64,000 nucleotides of DNA from Verrucomicrobiota bacterium (lineage in GTDB: Bacteria; Verrucomicrobiota; Verrucomicrobiia; Limisphaerales; UBA11358). Location: contig JBEKKN010000002.1 of the NCBI GenBank assembly GCA_050010675.1, positions 14,277-78,276 of the forward strand. Direction: 5' to 3'. Under the pieces are notes generated by a model that was given only the letters and a program-made list of their open reading frames with translations, was not told where the DNA came from and searched no databases. The position numbers and the translations under genes were made by a program. Below are positions 9,466-20,012 of the stretch, in pieces (within the stretch, counting starts at the first letter, position 1; each line of letters starts with the position of its first letter).

Positions 9466-9705
9466 ATGAAAGCAAAAATTGTCATAACTCCAAAGAAGGC
9501 CGTGGTGGATCCCCAGGGCAAAACCGTCCGGAACGCGCTGGAACAGATGGGCCACCAGGGCATCCAGGCCGTTCACGTCGGCAAATATCTGGAAATTGAA
9601 CTGGACGGCACGGACCGGGAAGCCGCGCGCAAGACCCTCGACGAGGCGTGCCACAAATTTTTAAGCAACCCGGTGATCGAGGATTATAGGCTGGAGATTG
9701 AATGA
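9466..9705 (+). CDS. purS: Phosphoribosylformylglycinamidine synthase subunit PurS
   Basis: 79-aa product MKAKIVITPKKAVVDPQGKTVRNALEQMG... lying upstream of purQ and purL. Confidence 0.85.
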   Translation: MKAKIVITPKKAVVDPQGKTVRNALEQMGHQGIQAVHVGKYLEIELDGTDREAARKTLDEACHKFLSNPVIEDYRLEIE

Positions 9706-9713
9706 ACCAGAAA

Positions 9714-9809
9714 GTGACAGGTGACAGGTGGCAGGTGACAAGAGGCTTCCCGCCCGTCAGTCATCGTGGTTGGTCTCTCTTGTCACACGTCACTTGTCAC
9801 ATGTCACGC
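9714..9809. repeat. Inverted pair of 7-nt-word tracts (gtgacag x4 / gtcacNN x4)
   Basis: Left tract 9714-9741 reads gtgacag gtgacag gtggcag gtgacaa. Right tract 9782-9809 reads gtcacac gtcactt gtcacat gtcacgc. The tracts are complementary, and the right tract ends 2 nt before the purQ ATG. Confidence 0.85.
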
Positions 9810-9811
9810 CC

Positions 9812-10525
9812 ATGAACTTCGCTGTTTTACAATTTCCCGCCTCCAACTGCGACCAGGACGCCATTCACGCCCTGCGCGATGTCTTCGGCCATTCCGCGCG
9901 CTACGTCTGGCACAAGGAAACCGCGCTCGGCGACACCGACGCCGTCATCGTGCCCGGCGGTTTCAGTTACGGCGATTATCTGCGTTGCGGCGCGATTGCG
10001 CGGTTCAGTCCGGTGATGCAGGCGGTGAAACAGTTCGCCGACAACGGCGGCCTGGTGCTCGGCATCTGCAACGGCTTTCAGGTGCTCACGGAAGCCGGCC
10101 TGCTGCCCGGCGCGCTCGTCCGCAACCGCGACCTGCAATTCCATTGTGAACATATTTTCCTGAAGACCGTCACGCCCGACTCGCCGTTTACGAGTAAAAT
10201 TCCCGCGGACAAATCGCTGAAAATTCCCATTGCCCATGGTGAAGGCTGCTATTTCGCCGACGATGAGACGCTGGCAAAACTCAAGGCGAACAACCAGATT
10301 TTGTGGCAATACTGTTCCGTCACCGGCGACGTGACCGAGGGTGCCAACCCGAACGGGTCGCTGCTGAACATTGCCGGCATCTGCAACCAGCGCCGGAACG
10401 TGGCCGGCCTGATGCCGCATCCCGAACGCGCCTGCGAACCGCTGCTCGCCAGCGACGATGGCCGCGGGGTTTTTGAAAGCATGATTGCCGCGTTGCAAAG
10501 GAAAACGGCAGCGAAGGCTGCGTGA
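9812..10525 (+). CDS. purQ: Phosphoribosylformylglycinamidine synthase I (glutaminase subunit)
   Basis: Motifs [32 protein letters not shown] and MPHPER. The ORF-track start at 9728 reads through the repeat; I chose the internal ATG at 9812. Confidence 0.9.
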   Translation: MNFAVLQFPASNCDQDAIHALRDVFGHSARYVWHKETALGDTDAVIVPGGFSYGDYLRCGAIARFSPVMQAVKQFADNGGLVLGICNGFQVLTEAGLLPGALVRNRDLQFHCEHIFLKTVTPDSPFTSKIPADKSLKIPIAHGEGCYFADDETLAKLKANNQILWQYCSVTGDVTEGANPNGSLLNIAGICNQRRNVAGLMPHPERACEPLLASDDGRGVFESMIAALQRKTAAKAA

Positions 10526-10538
10526 GAAATTTTTCCCC

Positions 10539-12929
10539 ATGACCGAACCCGCCATCACCCCTGAACTGGTCGCCAAACACAATCTCACGCCGGAGGAGTA
10601 TGTCCGTGTCAAAGAAGTCCTCGGGCGCGTGCCGAGCTATACCGAGCTGGGCATTTTTTCGGTGATGTGGAGTGAACATTGCAGCTACAAAAACACCCGC
10701 CCGCTGCTCAAAACCTTTCCCACCAAATCCAGGAAAATCCTCGTCGGCGCGGGCGAAGAAAACGCCGGCATCATTGACATCGGCGACGGCCTGGCCATCG
10801 CGTTCAAGATTGAATCGCATAATCACCCGAGCGCGGTTGAGCCGTTCCAGGGCGCGGCCACGGGCGTCGGCGGCATCGTGCGCGATATTTTTACGATGGG
10901 CGCCCGGCCGATTTGCGCGGTCAATTCATTGCGCTTCGGCCCGATTACCGGGGAAAATGGTGCACAAAGCCAGGTTGCCAATAACAAGCGGCTGTTCTCT
11001 GGCGTCGTCAACGGCATTGCGCATTACGGCAATTGCTTCGGCATCCCGACCATCGCCGGCGAGGTTTACTTCGACAAATCCTACGAGGGCAATCCGCTGG
11101 TGAACGCCTTCTGCCTCGGCGTGCTGCGCCACGAACAAATCGCGCGCGGCGCGGCCAAAGGCATTGGCAATCCCGTTTTTTACGTCGGGCCGCCCACGGG
11201 CCGCGATGGCCTCGCAGGCGCGTCGTTCGCGTCGCAGGACTTGACCGAGGAATCCGCCGAGCAACAGCGCGGCGCGGTGCAGGTGGGCGATCCGTTCATG
11301 GAAAAGCTCGTGTGCGAAGCGTGCCTCGAACTGCTCGCCACCGGTGCGGTCGCGGGCATCCAGGACATGGGCGCGGCCGGCCTGACCTGCTCCACGTGCG
11401 AGACCGCCGCCCGCGCGGGCACGGGCATTGAGATTGAATTGGACAAGGTCCCGCAACGCGCGCCGAACATGACGAGCTACGACCTCATGCTGTCGGAATC
11501 GCAGGAGCGGATGCTCATTATCGTCCACAAGGGCCGTGAAGAGGAAGTGAAGCGAATTTTCGACAAATGGGATTTGCCATGGTCGGAAATCGGTTACGTC
11601 ACCGACACCGGCCGCATGGTGGTGAAACAGCACGGCCAGGTGGTTGCCGATATTCCGGCAAAAAAAATTGCCGACGAATCGCCGGTGTATCAGCGCGATG
11701 CCCGGGAACCGGCGTATTTGAAGGACGTCCGCGCGTTTCGGCTGGACCAAATTCCCGCAACGCAGGATGCCAAGGCCGATCTCCTAAAATTGCTCGCCTG
11801 GCCGACGATTGCGTCGAAGAACTGGGTTTACCGGCAATACGATCATATGGTGCGCGACGGTTCGGCGGTTTGTCCCGGCAGCGACGCAGCGGTGTTGCGC
11901 ATCAAGACCGATTCCTTGCCGGAATTGTCAACCCACAAACCTACGCCGGACAAATACATTGCGCTGACGGTGGATGGCAACGGCGCTTACGTTTACCTCG
12001 ATCCTTACGAAGGCGGGAAAATTGTCGTGACCGAGGCGGCGCGGAATCTGGCCTGTTCCGGCGCGGCGCCGTTGGGCGTGACGGACAACTTGAACTACGG
12101 CAACCCGTTCAAACCGGAACTGTTCTGGCAGCTCAAGGAATCGGTGCGCGGACTGGCCGACGCCTGCCAGGCCTTCAACGCGCCGGTCACCGGCGGCAAT
12201 TGCTCGCTTTACAATCAAAGTCCCGCCGGGCCGATTGACCCCACGCCCACGGTGGCGATGGTCGGCCTCATCGAAAAACCGGAGCACATCACGACGCAAT
12301 GGTTCAAGGATGAGGGCGATGCCGTCATTTTGCTTGGTGAACCAGTGGATACCGACGACCCGCTGCTGGGCCTTGGCGGTTCAGCCTGGTTGCAGGCCTT
12401 GCACGGAAAGAAAACCGGGACGCCGCCACGTTGCGATCTGGAACAAGCGAGAACCTTGCACACCACGCTGCTGGGCCTGATTCAGTCGGGCCTCATCAAG
12501 AGCGCGCATGATTGCAGCGAAGGCGGACTGGCGGTGTGTCTGGCCGAAAGTTGCATCAGCCAGCTGGTGGCGCGCGGAACGCCACGGTTGATGGGCGCGA
12601 CGGTGGATTTGTCCGCGGTAGCGGCACCTCGGCAGAGTGCCGCCGACTCATCCGAAGAAAAGAAGGCGGCGCTCTCCCGAGACACCGCTACGTTACGATT
12701 GGACGCCCTGTTATTCGGCGAAACACAAAGCCGCGTGGTCATCACCTGCCAACCGCTGGATGCGGTGAAGGTGGTGGAACGCGCCAAACTGCTCGGCGTG
12801 CCGGCGGTGACAATCGGCCGGGTGGGCGGTGAGCAATTGGCCATCAAGGCGGGCACCAGTGAAGTCAGCGTGCCGGTGACTGAACTGCACGATCGCTGGT
12901 GGAACGCGATCGCGCGGGCGATGGCGTGA
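10539..12929 (+). CDS. purL: Phosphoribosylformylglycinamidine synthase subunit PurL
   Basis: Motifs EHCSYK, ESHNHPS and [12 protein letters not shown]. The size is about 797 aa from the ATG at 10539. Confidence 0.9.
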   Translation: MTEPAITPELVAKHNLTPEEYVRVKEVLGRVPSYTELGIFSVMWSEHCSYKNTRPLLKTFPTKSRKILVGAGEENAGIIDIGDGLAIAFKIESHNHPSAVEPFQGAATGVGGIVRDIFTMGARPICAVNSLRFGPITGENGAQSQVANNKRLFSGVVNGIAHYGNCFGIPTIAGEVYFDKSYEGNPLVNAFCLGVLRHEQIARGAAKGIGNPVFYVGPPTGRDGLAGASFASQDLTEESAEQQRGAVQVGDPFMEKLVCEACLELLATGAVAGIQDMGAAGLTCSTCETAARAGTGIEIELDKVPQRAPNMTSYDLMLSESQERMLIIVHKGREEEVKRIFDKWDLPWSEIGYVTDTGRMVVKQHGQVVADIPAKKIADESPVYQRDAREPAYLKDVRAFRLDQIPATQDAKADLLKLLAWPTIASKNWVYRQYDHMVRDGSAVCPGSDAAVLRIKTDSLPELSTHKPTPDKYIALTVDGNGAYVYLDPYEGGKIVVTEAARNLACSGAAPLGVTDNLNYGNPFKPELFWQLKESVRGLADACQAFNAPVTGGNCSLYNQSPAGPIDPTPTVAMVGLIEKPEHITTQWFKDEGDAVILLGEPVDTDDPLLGLGGSAWLQALHGKKTGTPPRCDLEQARTLHTTLLGLIQSGLIKSAHDCSEGGLAVCLAESCISQLVARGTPRLMGATVDLSAVAAPRQSAADSSEEKKAALSRDTATLRLDALLFGETQSRVVITCQPLDAVKVVERAKLLGVPAVTIGRVGGEQLAIKAGTSEVSVPVTELHDRWWNAIARAMA

Positions 12930-13056
12930 ATTTCATTTTGAACAAAACGACCGGCCGGACGCTCCATTTTCCTGAAAACGCGATCACGGCCTGCCCGTTG
13001 AACGGATTAACCGCTGGCAATTTGTCGCCGACCGGTTAATCTGACGGGAATTTATC

Positions 13057-14019
13057 GTGCGACAATTTTTCACCATCGCCGCCAATGCCTTCATGGAACT
13101 GATCCGGCAACCCGTGTTTTTATTGCTGATGACGGGGTCGGTGGTTTTTGAAATTTTCCTGGCGGTGCCCTATTACTTTGCGCTGGGGGACGAACCCAAG
13201 CTGGTTGAAAACAGCGCCCTGGCGGTGATGCTGCTCTCGGGATTGTTTGGCGCCGTGCTGAGCGCTTCCTCGTCGCTGGCCCGTGAAATCCGCGTGGGCA
13301 CGGCGCTGGCGGTGCTGTCCAAGCCGATCGGGCGCGCGCAGTTCCTGCTGGGCAAATACGCCGGCTTGGCGGCCGCGCTGGTGTTGCTGACGTATGTCAA
13401 TCTCCTGGGTGTGTTGCTGTGCAGCAAAATGGCGTTTGATGCCTATGGCAGCACCGATCTGGCTGCGCTCGGCATTTTCGGGGCCGGCGTCACCCTCGCC
13501 TATGCGTTGGGCGGATTCAGCAATTTTTTCCTGCGCCGGCCGTTTGTGAGCGACGCGGTCATGGCCCTGGTGGTGATGGCGACCCTGGCCGCCTTCATCA
13601 TCATCCGGTTCACCCAACAGCAGGAGAGTCTGGGCACGATGGCGCAGGTGGACTGGCGGCTGGTGCCGGCGGGCATTTTAATTTTGTTTGCCGTATGGAT
13701 TCTGGCGGCGCTGGCGCTGGCGTGTTCGACGCGGCTGGACACCATCCCGACCCTGGCGGTTTGCTCGGCCTTTTTTCTGATCGGGCTGATGTCGGATTAT
13801 CTCTTTGGCCAGCGGGCGGAAGCAGGCCATTGGTGGGCTTCAACGCTTTACACCGTCATTCCAAACTGGCAGCTTTTCTGGCTCGCGGACGCCCTGGACA
13901 TGGGCAAAAGCACGTTTCACTGGGATTACGTGGCGAAGGCCTTTGGCTATACCGTCGGCTACGCGGGCGCGGCGCTGGCCATCGGCACGGCGTTGTTTGA
14001 AGAGCGCGAATTGAGCTGA
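13057..14019 (+). CDS. Polytopic membrane protein, ABC-2-type permease-like
   Basis: 320 aa with about 6-7 hydrophobic spans and a GTG start. There is no adjacent ATPase. It is the first gene of a tight same-strand block. Confidence 0.45.
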   Translation: MRQFFTIAANAFMELIRQPVFLLLMTGSVVFEIFLAVPYYFALGDEPKLVENSALAVMLLSGLFGAVLSASSSLAREIRVGTALAVLSKPIGRAQFLLGKYAGLAAALVLLTYVNLLGVLLCSKMAFDAYGSTDLAALGIFGAGVTLAYALGGFSNFFLRRPFVSDAVMALVVMATLAAFIIIRFTQQQESLGTMAQVDWRLVPAGILILFAVWILAALALACSTRLDTIPTLAVCSAFFLIGLMSDYLFGQRAEAGHWWASTLYTVIPNWQLFWLADALDMGKSTFHWDYVAKAFGYTVGYAGAALAIGTALFEERELS

Positions 14020-14101
14020 GCCGCAAATCCTCAACCGGTTGAACCGCTGAATCGGGCGGCCGGTTTGACGATGGGACAATTTAACGATTTAACGAAAATA
14101 A

Positions 14102-15985
14102 ATGGAACGCAACGTTCAAAAGAACGGCCTGGTGAATCTGGCGGCCGCGCTGGCGATTTTCATTGCCGCGTTTGCCGTGACCGCCTACGTGAATTCGCTG
14201 GCGGGCGAGGCCGCCGCGATTTTCCTCGGCCTGGGGACCCTGGTGGCGTTCGCGAGCTGGTTCCAGATGCGGCTGGAGGAAAACGAACGTCTGGAAAAGC
14301 TGGAGGTGGAGGAGCTGGCCCGCACCCGCGGTCAAACCACGCTGTTTGAAACGAAGGACGGGGAGGTTTTTCCGGCCCGGCACTCGCGTGAACTGTTTGA
14401 GAAATTTCTGGTGCCGGGTTTCAGCGTGCTGTTGTTGCTGCTCGAAGGCGGCGGCGCGTATCTGCTCTGGCGCTGGATTTCCCAAACCACCACCGGCATT
14501 GCCCCCGAACGCGCCATGCCGTCGCTGGCCTTGTTCGGCATTTTCGCGCTGGCGTTGTTTCTGGTCGGCCGTTTTTCCGTGACCATCGCGCGGCTGGAAA
14601 ACCACCGGTTGCTGCGGCCCGGCGCGAGTTTTCTGCTGGCCGGCGCTTATATCTGCTTTGTGACGGCGCTCGGCATTGCCGGGGTCAAGACGGAGTTCCC
14701 CCAGATTGATGCCTATCTGGCGCGTGCCTTGTGCGTGCTGCTGGCGTTGCTGGCGCTGGAAACCCTCATGATGTTGCTCCTGGAAATTTACCGCCCGCGG
14801 GTGAAGGGCAAGGTCGCCCGCCTGCTGTACGACAGCCGGATCGTCGGATTGCTGGCCCAGCCGGAGAGTCTGTTCACCACGGCGGCCCAGGCGCTGGATT
14901 ATCAATTTGGTTTCAAGGTTTCTGAAACCTGGTTCTTCCAATTGCTGAAGAAAAGCCTGCCCGTCCTGTTCCTGGCACAATTGGCGGCGCTGCTTTTGTC
15001 CACCTGCGTGGTCATCATCGAGCCGGGCGAACAGGGGGTGCTGGAACATTTTGGACGGCTGGCCGCCGGGCAGCCTGTTTTGGACCCGGGCGCGCATTTC
15101 AAATGGCCCTGGCCGGTGGATCAGGTCCGGCACTATCGCACGGGCCAGATCCAGACGTTTAACGTTGGCTTTACGCCCAATGCGCAAAGCGAAGCCGAGC
15201 CGACGGTTTTGTGGACCGTCACCCACACCGAGGAGGTCAATTTTCTGGTCGGCAACCGGGAAGCGGAGCTGGCGACCAATTCCAGCGGCAACCGCAGCGA
15301 CCGGCTGAAGGTGGCGCCGGTGGGCTTGATTGACATCAGCATTCCGGTGCAGTTTCAAATCACCAACGTGCTGGATTGGACCACCAACAACGCCGACCCG
15401 ACCAACCTGCTTCAGGACCTGGCCACCCGGGCGATTGTGCATTATCTCGCGGGCGCGGATTTGAACGCGGTGTTGTCAGAATCGCGGGTGGAGGCGGCCC
15501 GGCAGTTGCATGAAAAAATTCAAAATGATTCGAACCAGCACCAGCTCGGCGTCAAAATCCTTTTTGTCGGGGTCCAGGACCTGCACCCGCCGGTGAAGGT
15601 GGCGGGCGATTACGAAAAGGTCGTCGCGGCCACCCAGCAAAGGATAGCCCTGACGAACGCGGCGGTGGCCGAAGCCATCCAGACCAATGCGCTGGCCGGG
15701 GCCCAGGCGTTCACCGACGTCAGCCAGGCCGAGGCGCAACAGCAGCAGACCGAACTGGCGGCCCTGGCCCGGGCCGGCTTGTTCACCAACCAGATGGCCG
15801 CGTATGCGGCCGCACCCTCGGTTTACGGGCAGCGCGCGTATTTTCACATGTTTCCCGAAGCCACGGCCAACGCGCGCAAATACATCCTGCTCGTGACCAA
15901 CACGTACAACGTGCTCCAGTTTGATCTCGAGGATAAAATCCGCGAAGACCTTTTGAACCTGAATGTGTCCACCAATTCACCATGA
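14102..15985 (+). CDS. Multi-TM membrane protein with C-terminal SPFH (band 7) domain
   Basis: The N-terminal approx. 300 aa are hydrophobic. They are followed by IIEPGEQGVLEHFGR...GAHFKWPWPVDQV and a coiled-coil tail. Confidence 0.6.
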   Translation: MERNVQKNGLVNLAAALAIFIAAFAVTAYVNSLAGEAAAIFLGLGTLVAFASWFQMRLEENERLEKLEVEELARTRGQTTLFETKDGEVFPARHSRELFEKFLVPGFSVLLLLLEGGGAYLLWRWISQTTTGIAPERAMPSLALFGIFALALFLVGRFSVTIARLENHRLLRPGASFLLAGAYICFVTALGIAGVKTEFPQIDAYLARALCVLLALLALETLMMLLLEIYRPRVKGKVARLLYDSRIVGLLAQPESLFTTAAQALDYQFGFKVSETWFFQLLKKSLPVLFLAQLAALLLSTCVVIIEPGEQGVLEHFGRLAAGQPVLDPGAHFKWPWPVDQVRHYRTGQIQTFNVGFTPNAQSEAEPTVLWTVTHTEEVNFLVGNREAELATNSSGNRSDRLKVAPVGLIDISIPVQFQITNVLDWTTNNADPTNLLQDLATRAIVHYLAGADLNAVLSESRVEAARQLHEKIQNDSNQHQLGVKILFVGVQDLHPPVKVAGDYEKVVAATQQRIALTNAAVAEAIQTNALAGAQAFTDVSQAEAQQQQTELAALARAGLFTNQMAAYAAAPSVYGQRAYFHMFPEATANARKYILLVTNTYNVLQFDLEDKIREDLLNLNVSTNSP

Positions 15986-16893
15986 AACGGAACCTCATCA
16001 CCCTCATTACCGGCGCCGTGTTGATCGTCATTTTCGCGCTGCTGTTGTTCACCTTTCAAGTCCGCCAGTCGGAAGTGGCCGTGGTCACGACCTTCGGCCG
16101 GATCACGGGTCCGCGGTGTGAACCGGGCCTGCACCTGAGATGGCCCTGGCCGGTCCAGCAGGTCTACAAATTCGACGAGCGCATCCAGAACTTTCAGGAA
16201 AAATTCCGCGAGACCCTGACCGCTGACCAGATCAGCCTCATCACGAGCATTTATGTCGGCTGGAAGATTTCGAATCCGTCGGCGTTTTTGAACAGTTTCA
16301 AGGACGGTTCCGTGACCGCCGCCCAGGGCCAGCTCGAAAGCCTGCTGGCCAGCGACAACATCACCGTGGTGGGCCAACACCCGCTCTCGGATTTTGTGAA
16401 TGTTGACCCCAAGCAATTGCAGTTCGACCAGATTCAGGCGGAAATGGAACAAATGGTCCAGGGCGAGTTGCAGACCAACAACTATGGCATTCAAATCGAG
16501 TTTCTCGGCATCCAACAACTCGGCCTGCCCGAAAGCGTCACCCAGGCCGTGTTCGATCGCATGAAGTCGGAGCGCAACATCCTCATCAGCCGGGCGCAGA
16601 ATGAGGGCCAGGCCGAGGCCATCAAAATCAAGGCCAACGCCGACCGGCAGGCCAATGAGACCCTCGCCAACGCCCAGGCCGAGGCCACGCGCATTGAAGG
16701 CGAGGGCGTGGCGGAAGCCGCCAAAACGCTGCCCGTCTTCCAGGAAAATCCCGAGCTGGCCAATTTCCTGTTGAGCATTGATGCCATCAAACAGGCCCTC
16801 AATCAGCGTTCCATCCTGTTTTTCGACGATCGCGTCCCGCCGTTTGATTTGTTTCATGGCACCCTGACCAACCCGCCCAGCCATCGACCATGA
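15982..16893 (+). CDS. SPFH domain protein, HflC-like
   Basis: Motifs VRQSEVAVVTTFGRI and GLHLRWPWPVQQV, plus an Ala/Glu-rich helix (AQNEGQAEA...). There is a 4-nt overlap with the upstream gene. Confidence 0.65.
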   Translation: MKRNLITLITGAVLIVIFALLLFTFQVRQSEVAVVTTFGRITGPRCEPGLHLRWPWPVQQVYKFDERIQNFQEKFRETLTADQISLITSIYVGWKISNPSAFLNSFKDGSVTAAQGQLESLLASDNITVVGQHPLSDFVNVDPKQLQFDQIQAEMEQMVQGELQTNNYGIQIEFLGIQQLGLPESVTQAVFDRMKSERNILISRAQNEGQAEAIKIKANADRQANETLANAQAEATRIEGEGVAEAAKTLPVFQENPELANFLLSIDAIKQALNQRSILFFDDRVPPFDLFHGTLTNPPSHRP

Positions 16894-17981
16894 GCGACGA
16901 GCACAACCAGCACGATCCCGCACCCGAGCCTTCCGCGACCCCGATGGCGCAGGAAGACGCCGGTTCGCAGGCGTTGACCGAGGCGTTGCGCAGCAGCTTC
17001 GCCATCGTCAAATTTGTGATGGTGGCGCTGGTCGTGGTCTTTCTCGGTTCCGGATTTTTCCAGGTCGGGACCCAGGAAAAAGCGGTCATTTTGCGCTTCG
17101 GTAAAACCGTGGGTCAGGAGCAGGAAGCCTTGCTCGGACCGGGGTTGCACTGGTCGTTTCCCTATCCGATTGACGAAGTGGTCAAAATTCCGATTACGGA
17201 AATCCAGAAGATTTCCTCCACCGTCGGCTGGTTTGCCGAAACACCGGAACAGGAACTGAGCGGCAACCTGCCACCGCCCGGCCCTTCCTTGATTCCGGGT
17301 GTAGACGGCTACGTGATTACGGCCGATCGCAACATCATTCACACCCGCGCGACGCTTTATTATCAGGTGGACGACCCGATCCGCTATGTGTTTGGGTTCA
17401 CCTCGGCCTCCAACACCATCCAGAACGCGCTGAACAATGCGTTGCTGGACACCGCCGCGCAGTTCAAGGTGGACGACGTTCTCTACAGCGACGTGGCCGG
17501 GTTCCAGGAAGCGGTGCAACAGCGCGTCGGCGCCCAGGCCGACCTGCTCGGCATCACCGTCAAACAATGTAACGTGGAAAGCACCCCGCCGCGGCAGTTG
17601 AAGGACGTTTTTGACCAGGTCACCGAGGCGCGTCAGAATCAGAACAAGGTGTTGGACGACGCGCACAGCTACGAAAACCAGGCCACCAACAGCGCCGAGG
17701 CGCAGGCTTCAACCATCATCAACGAAGCCCGGAGCGCCCGCGCCCGTTACGTCCAATCCGTCCAGGCAGACGCGAAGGCCTTTAGCGACCTGCTGCCCAA
17801 TTACGAAATCAATCCGGGCCTGTTCCGCCAGCAGGAGCTGGTGCAGGTGATGGGACAGGCGCTGACCAACGTGGATTTCAAGACCTATTTGCCAACCACC
17901 GCCAATGGCAAACCCATCGAACTGAGGCTATTGTTGAACCGCGAGCCTCCGGGGACGAAAACCGCACCGGCGAATCCATAA
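16890..17981 (+). CDS. SPFH domain protein, HflK-like
   Basis: Motifs VGTQEKAVILRFGK, GLHWSFPYPIDEV and a C-terminal helical region. There is a 4-nt overlap with the upstream gene. Confidence 0.65.
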   Translation: MSDEHNQHDPAPEPSATPMAQEDAGSQALTEALRSSFAIVKFVMVALVVVFLGSGFFQVGTQEKAVILRFGKTVGQEQEALLGPGLHWSFPYPIDEVVKIPITEIQKISSTVGWFAETPEQELSGNLPPPGPSLIPGVDGYVITADRNIIHTRATLYYQVDDPIRYVFGFTSASNTIQNALNNALLDTAAQFKVDDVLYSDVAGFQEAVQQRVGAQADLLGITVKQCNVESTPPRQLKDVFDQVTEARQNQNKVLDDAHSYENQATNSAEAQASTIINEARSARARYVQSVQADAKAFSDLLPNYEINPGLFRQQELVQVMGQALTNVDFKTYLPTTANGKPIELRLLLNREPPGTKTAPANP

Positions 17982-17997
17982 ATCGTAATAAATTTGC

Positions 17998-19989
17998 ATG
18001 CAAGTCACATCACTGTTGAGCCGGCATGAACATGAGCACGGACCCGAATGCGGGTGCGGCCACGATCACGAACACTCGGTAACGCATCTCTGGCAGGCCG
18101 TCTTGGGCGTCGTGCTGGTCATCAATGCCTACGTGGTGGACGCGTTGTTTGGGCAGGGCGGCGCCGTCGCCAGTGCCAGCGCCTGCCTCGGCTCGATCAT
18201 TCTTGGCTACCCCATCGTCGTCACCGCCATCAAGGATTTGCGCGTCGGCCGCCTCAGCATCAATGAACTCGTCGCCATTGCCGTGCTGGCGGCGTTCGCG
18301 TCCGGCAATTACAAGATCGCCGGCATCGTCGCGTTTTTCATGCTCACCGGTGAAATCATCGAGAGCCGCACCGCCGAGGGCGCGCGCGCCTCGATTGAAT
18401 CGCTCATTCAACTCACGCCCACCAAGGCCCGCCGCCTCAAATCGGATGGCAGCGAGGAGGAGGTCGCCGCCAGCGAACTGGCCGTCGGGGACCTGATCCG
18501 CATCCGTCCCGGCGATAACGTCGCGGCGGACGGCGTCATCGTCAGCGGCCAGGGCTCGTTCAATCAGGCCACCATCACCGGCGAATCCCTGCCGGTGGAC
18601 AAAAAGACGGGCGACGAGGTTTTCGCCGGCACCCAAAACCTGACTGGCGTGCTGGAGATCAAGGTCAGCCGCGCCGGCACCGACACAACGCTCGGCCGGG
18701 TGCGCGAGCTGATTCTGGCGGCGGAAAAAACCAAGCTGCCCATCATGAAAATCGTGGACCAGTACATGGGCTTTTATACGCCGCTCGTGCTGGTCATCGG
18801 CGCGCTGGTCTGGGCGTTTACCCACGATTTAAACCGCGTGATTGCCGTGTTCGTGGTTTCCTGCCCGTGCGCTTTCATTCTGGCAACACCGACGGCGATG
18901 GTCGCCGCGCTGTCCGCCGCCGCGCGCCTGGGCATCTTGATCAAAAACGTCGCCGACATCGAACTCGCCGCCCGAATCAACGCCTTTGTATTCGACAAAA
19001 CTGGCACGCTCACCACCGGCCAGCTCGCCGTCAGCCGCCTGGCCCCGGCCGGCGAAATCAAACCTGCCGAACTGCTCCGACTGGCGGCATCGGCCGAAAA
19101 ATACAGCAATCACCCGACGGCCAAGGCACTCGCGCAACTGGCGACAGAAGCGAGCGTGCCGCTCCTCGAACCCAAGGACTTCAGCGAAGCCGCAGGGCGC
19201 GGCGTCAAGGCCCAGGTCCAGGGCACCACCGTGCTCGTCGGACGCGCGCAATGGCTGAAGGACAATGGGGTGACGCAGGATTTTCTCAAATCCGTTGACC
19301 TCAACGAGACCGAGGGGTGGAGTTTGATTTTTGTCGCGCGCGACCATCACTGCGTCGGCTGGATCGGTTTGCAGGACAAAACCCGCGCCGAAGCCAGAGA
19401 ATCCCTGGCCGGATTGAAGGAAAACGGCGTCCGGCGGGTGGCGATGATTTCCGGGGACCGCCAGGCCGTGGTGACGCGGGTGGCGGCGGAAATTGGCTGC
19501 GAAGAGGCCAAGGGCGATTGTTTGCCGCAAAACAAGGTCGAGTTTGTGCGCAGCATGAAGGCCAAAGGTTATCGCGTGGCAGTGGTGGGCGACGGCGTAA
19601 ACGACGCGCCGGCGCTGGCAGCGGGCGACATTGGCATCGCGATGGGCGCGGCGGGCAGCGAAGTGGCCATTCACACCGCGACGATCGCACTGATGAACAA
19701 TGACCTTCGCCGCTTGCCCTTCCTGGTGAAGCTCTCGCGCAGCACCCGGACCGTCATCAACCAGAACTTTCTGTTCGGCCTGCTGTTCATCGTCGTCGGT
19801 CTCACGGTCACGTCGCTGGGCTACATCGGCCCGATTCCCGCGGCCATCCTGCACAACGTCGGTTCGTTGATCGTGATTTTCAACAGCGCCCGGCTCGTGC
19901 GCAAAGGCGAGGAACTGGAACATTACCATCTTGAACCGGTTGAACCTCCGCGCGCCCAGACCGGACAGTTGACGCCCAAGATGGCGTGA
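17998..19989 (+). CDS. Heavy-metal-translocating P1B-type ATPase (Zn/Cd/Co-like)
   Basis: His/Cys-rich N-terminus HEHEHGPECGCGHDHEH, a CPC transmembrane motif, DKTGTLT, GDGVNDAP and TGES. Confidence 0.85.
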   Translation: MQVTSLLSRHEHEHGPECGCGHDHEHSVTHLWQAVLGVVLVINAYVVDALFGQGGAVASASACLGSIILGYPIVVTAIKDLRVGRLSINELVAIAVLAAFASGNYKIAGIVAFFMLTGEIIESRTAEGARASIESLIQLTPTKARRLKSDGSEEEVAASELAVGDLIRIRPGDNVAADGVIVSGQGSFNQATITGESLPVDKKTGDEVFAGTQNLTGVLEIKVSRAGTDTTLGRVRELILAAEKTKLPIMKIVDQYMGFYTPLVLVIGALVWAFTHDLNRVIAVFVVSCPCAFILATPTAMVAALSAAARLGILIKNVADIELAARINAFVFDKTGTLTTGQLAVSRLAPAGEIKPAELLRLAASAEKYSNHPTAKALAQLATEASVPLLEPKDFSEAAGRGVKAQVQGTTVLVGRAQWLKDNGVTQDFLKSVDLNETEGWSLIFVARDHHCVGWIGLQDKTRAEARESLAGLKENGVRRVAMISGDRQAVVTRVAAEIGCEEAKGDCLPQNKVEFVRSMKAKGYRVAVVGDGVNDAPALAAGDIGIAMGAAGSEVAIHTATIALMNNDLRRLPFLVKLSRSTRTVINQNFLFGLLFIVVGLTVTSLGYIGPIPAAILHNVGSLIVIFNSARLVRKGEELEHYHLEPVEPPRAQTGQLTPKMA

Positions 19990-20012
19990 TGCCGCAGCGT
20001 CCGCTTTAGCTT

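Noticed and set aside
9728-9811. N-terminal extensions in the ORF track (purQ 9728, purL 10485, ruvC 49253, ZIP 39859, rluD 60987, yacP-like 60417, 22486, 24431, 47287, 57655)
   Set aside because: These extensions arise only because high-GC or repeat sequence lacks in-frame stops. Conserved N-termini begin at internal ATG/GTG codons, so I used those starts.
17998-18060. His/Cys-rich stretches in the P-type ATPase and the ZIP transporter as unusual low-complexity inserts
   Set aside because: These are typical cytoplasmic metal-binding segments of these transporter families.
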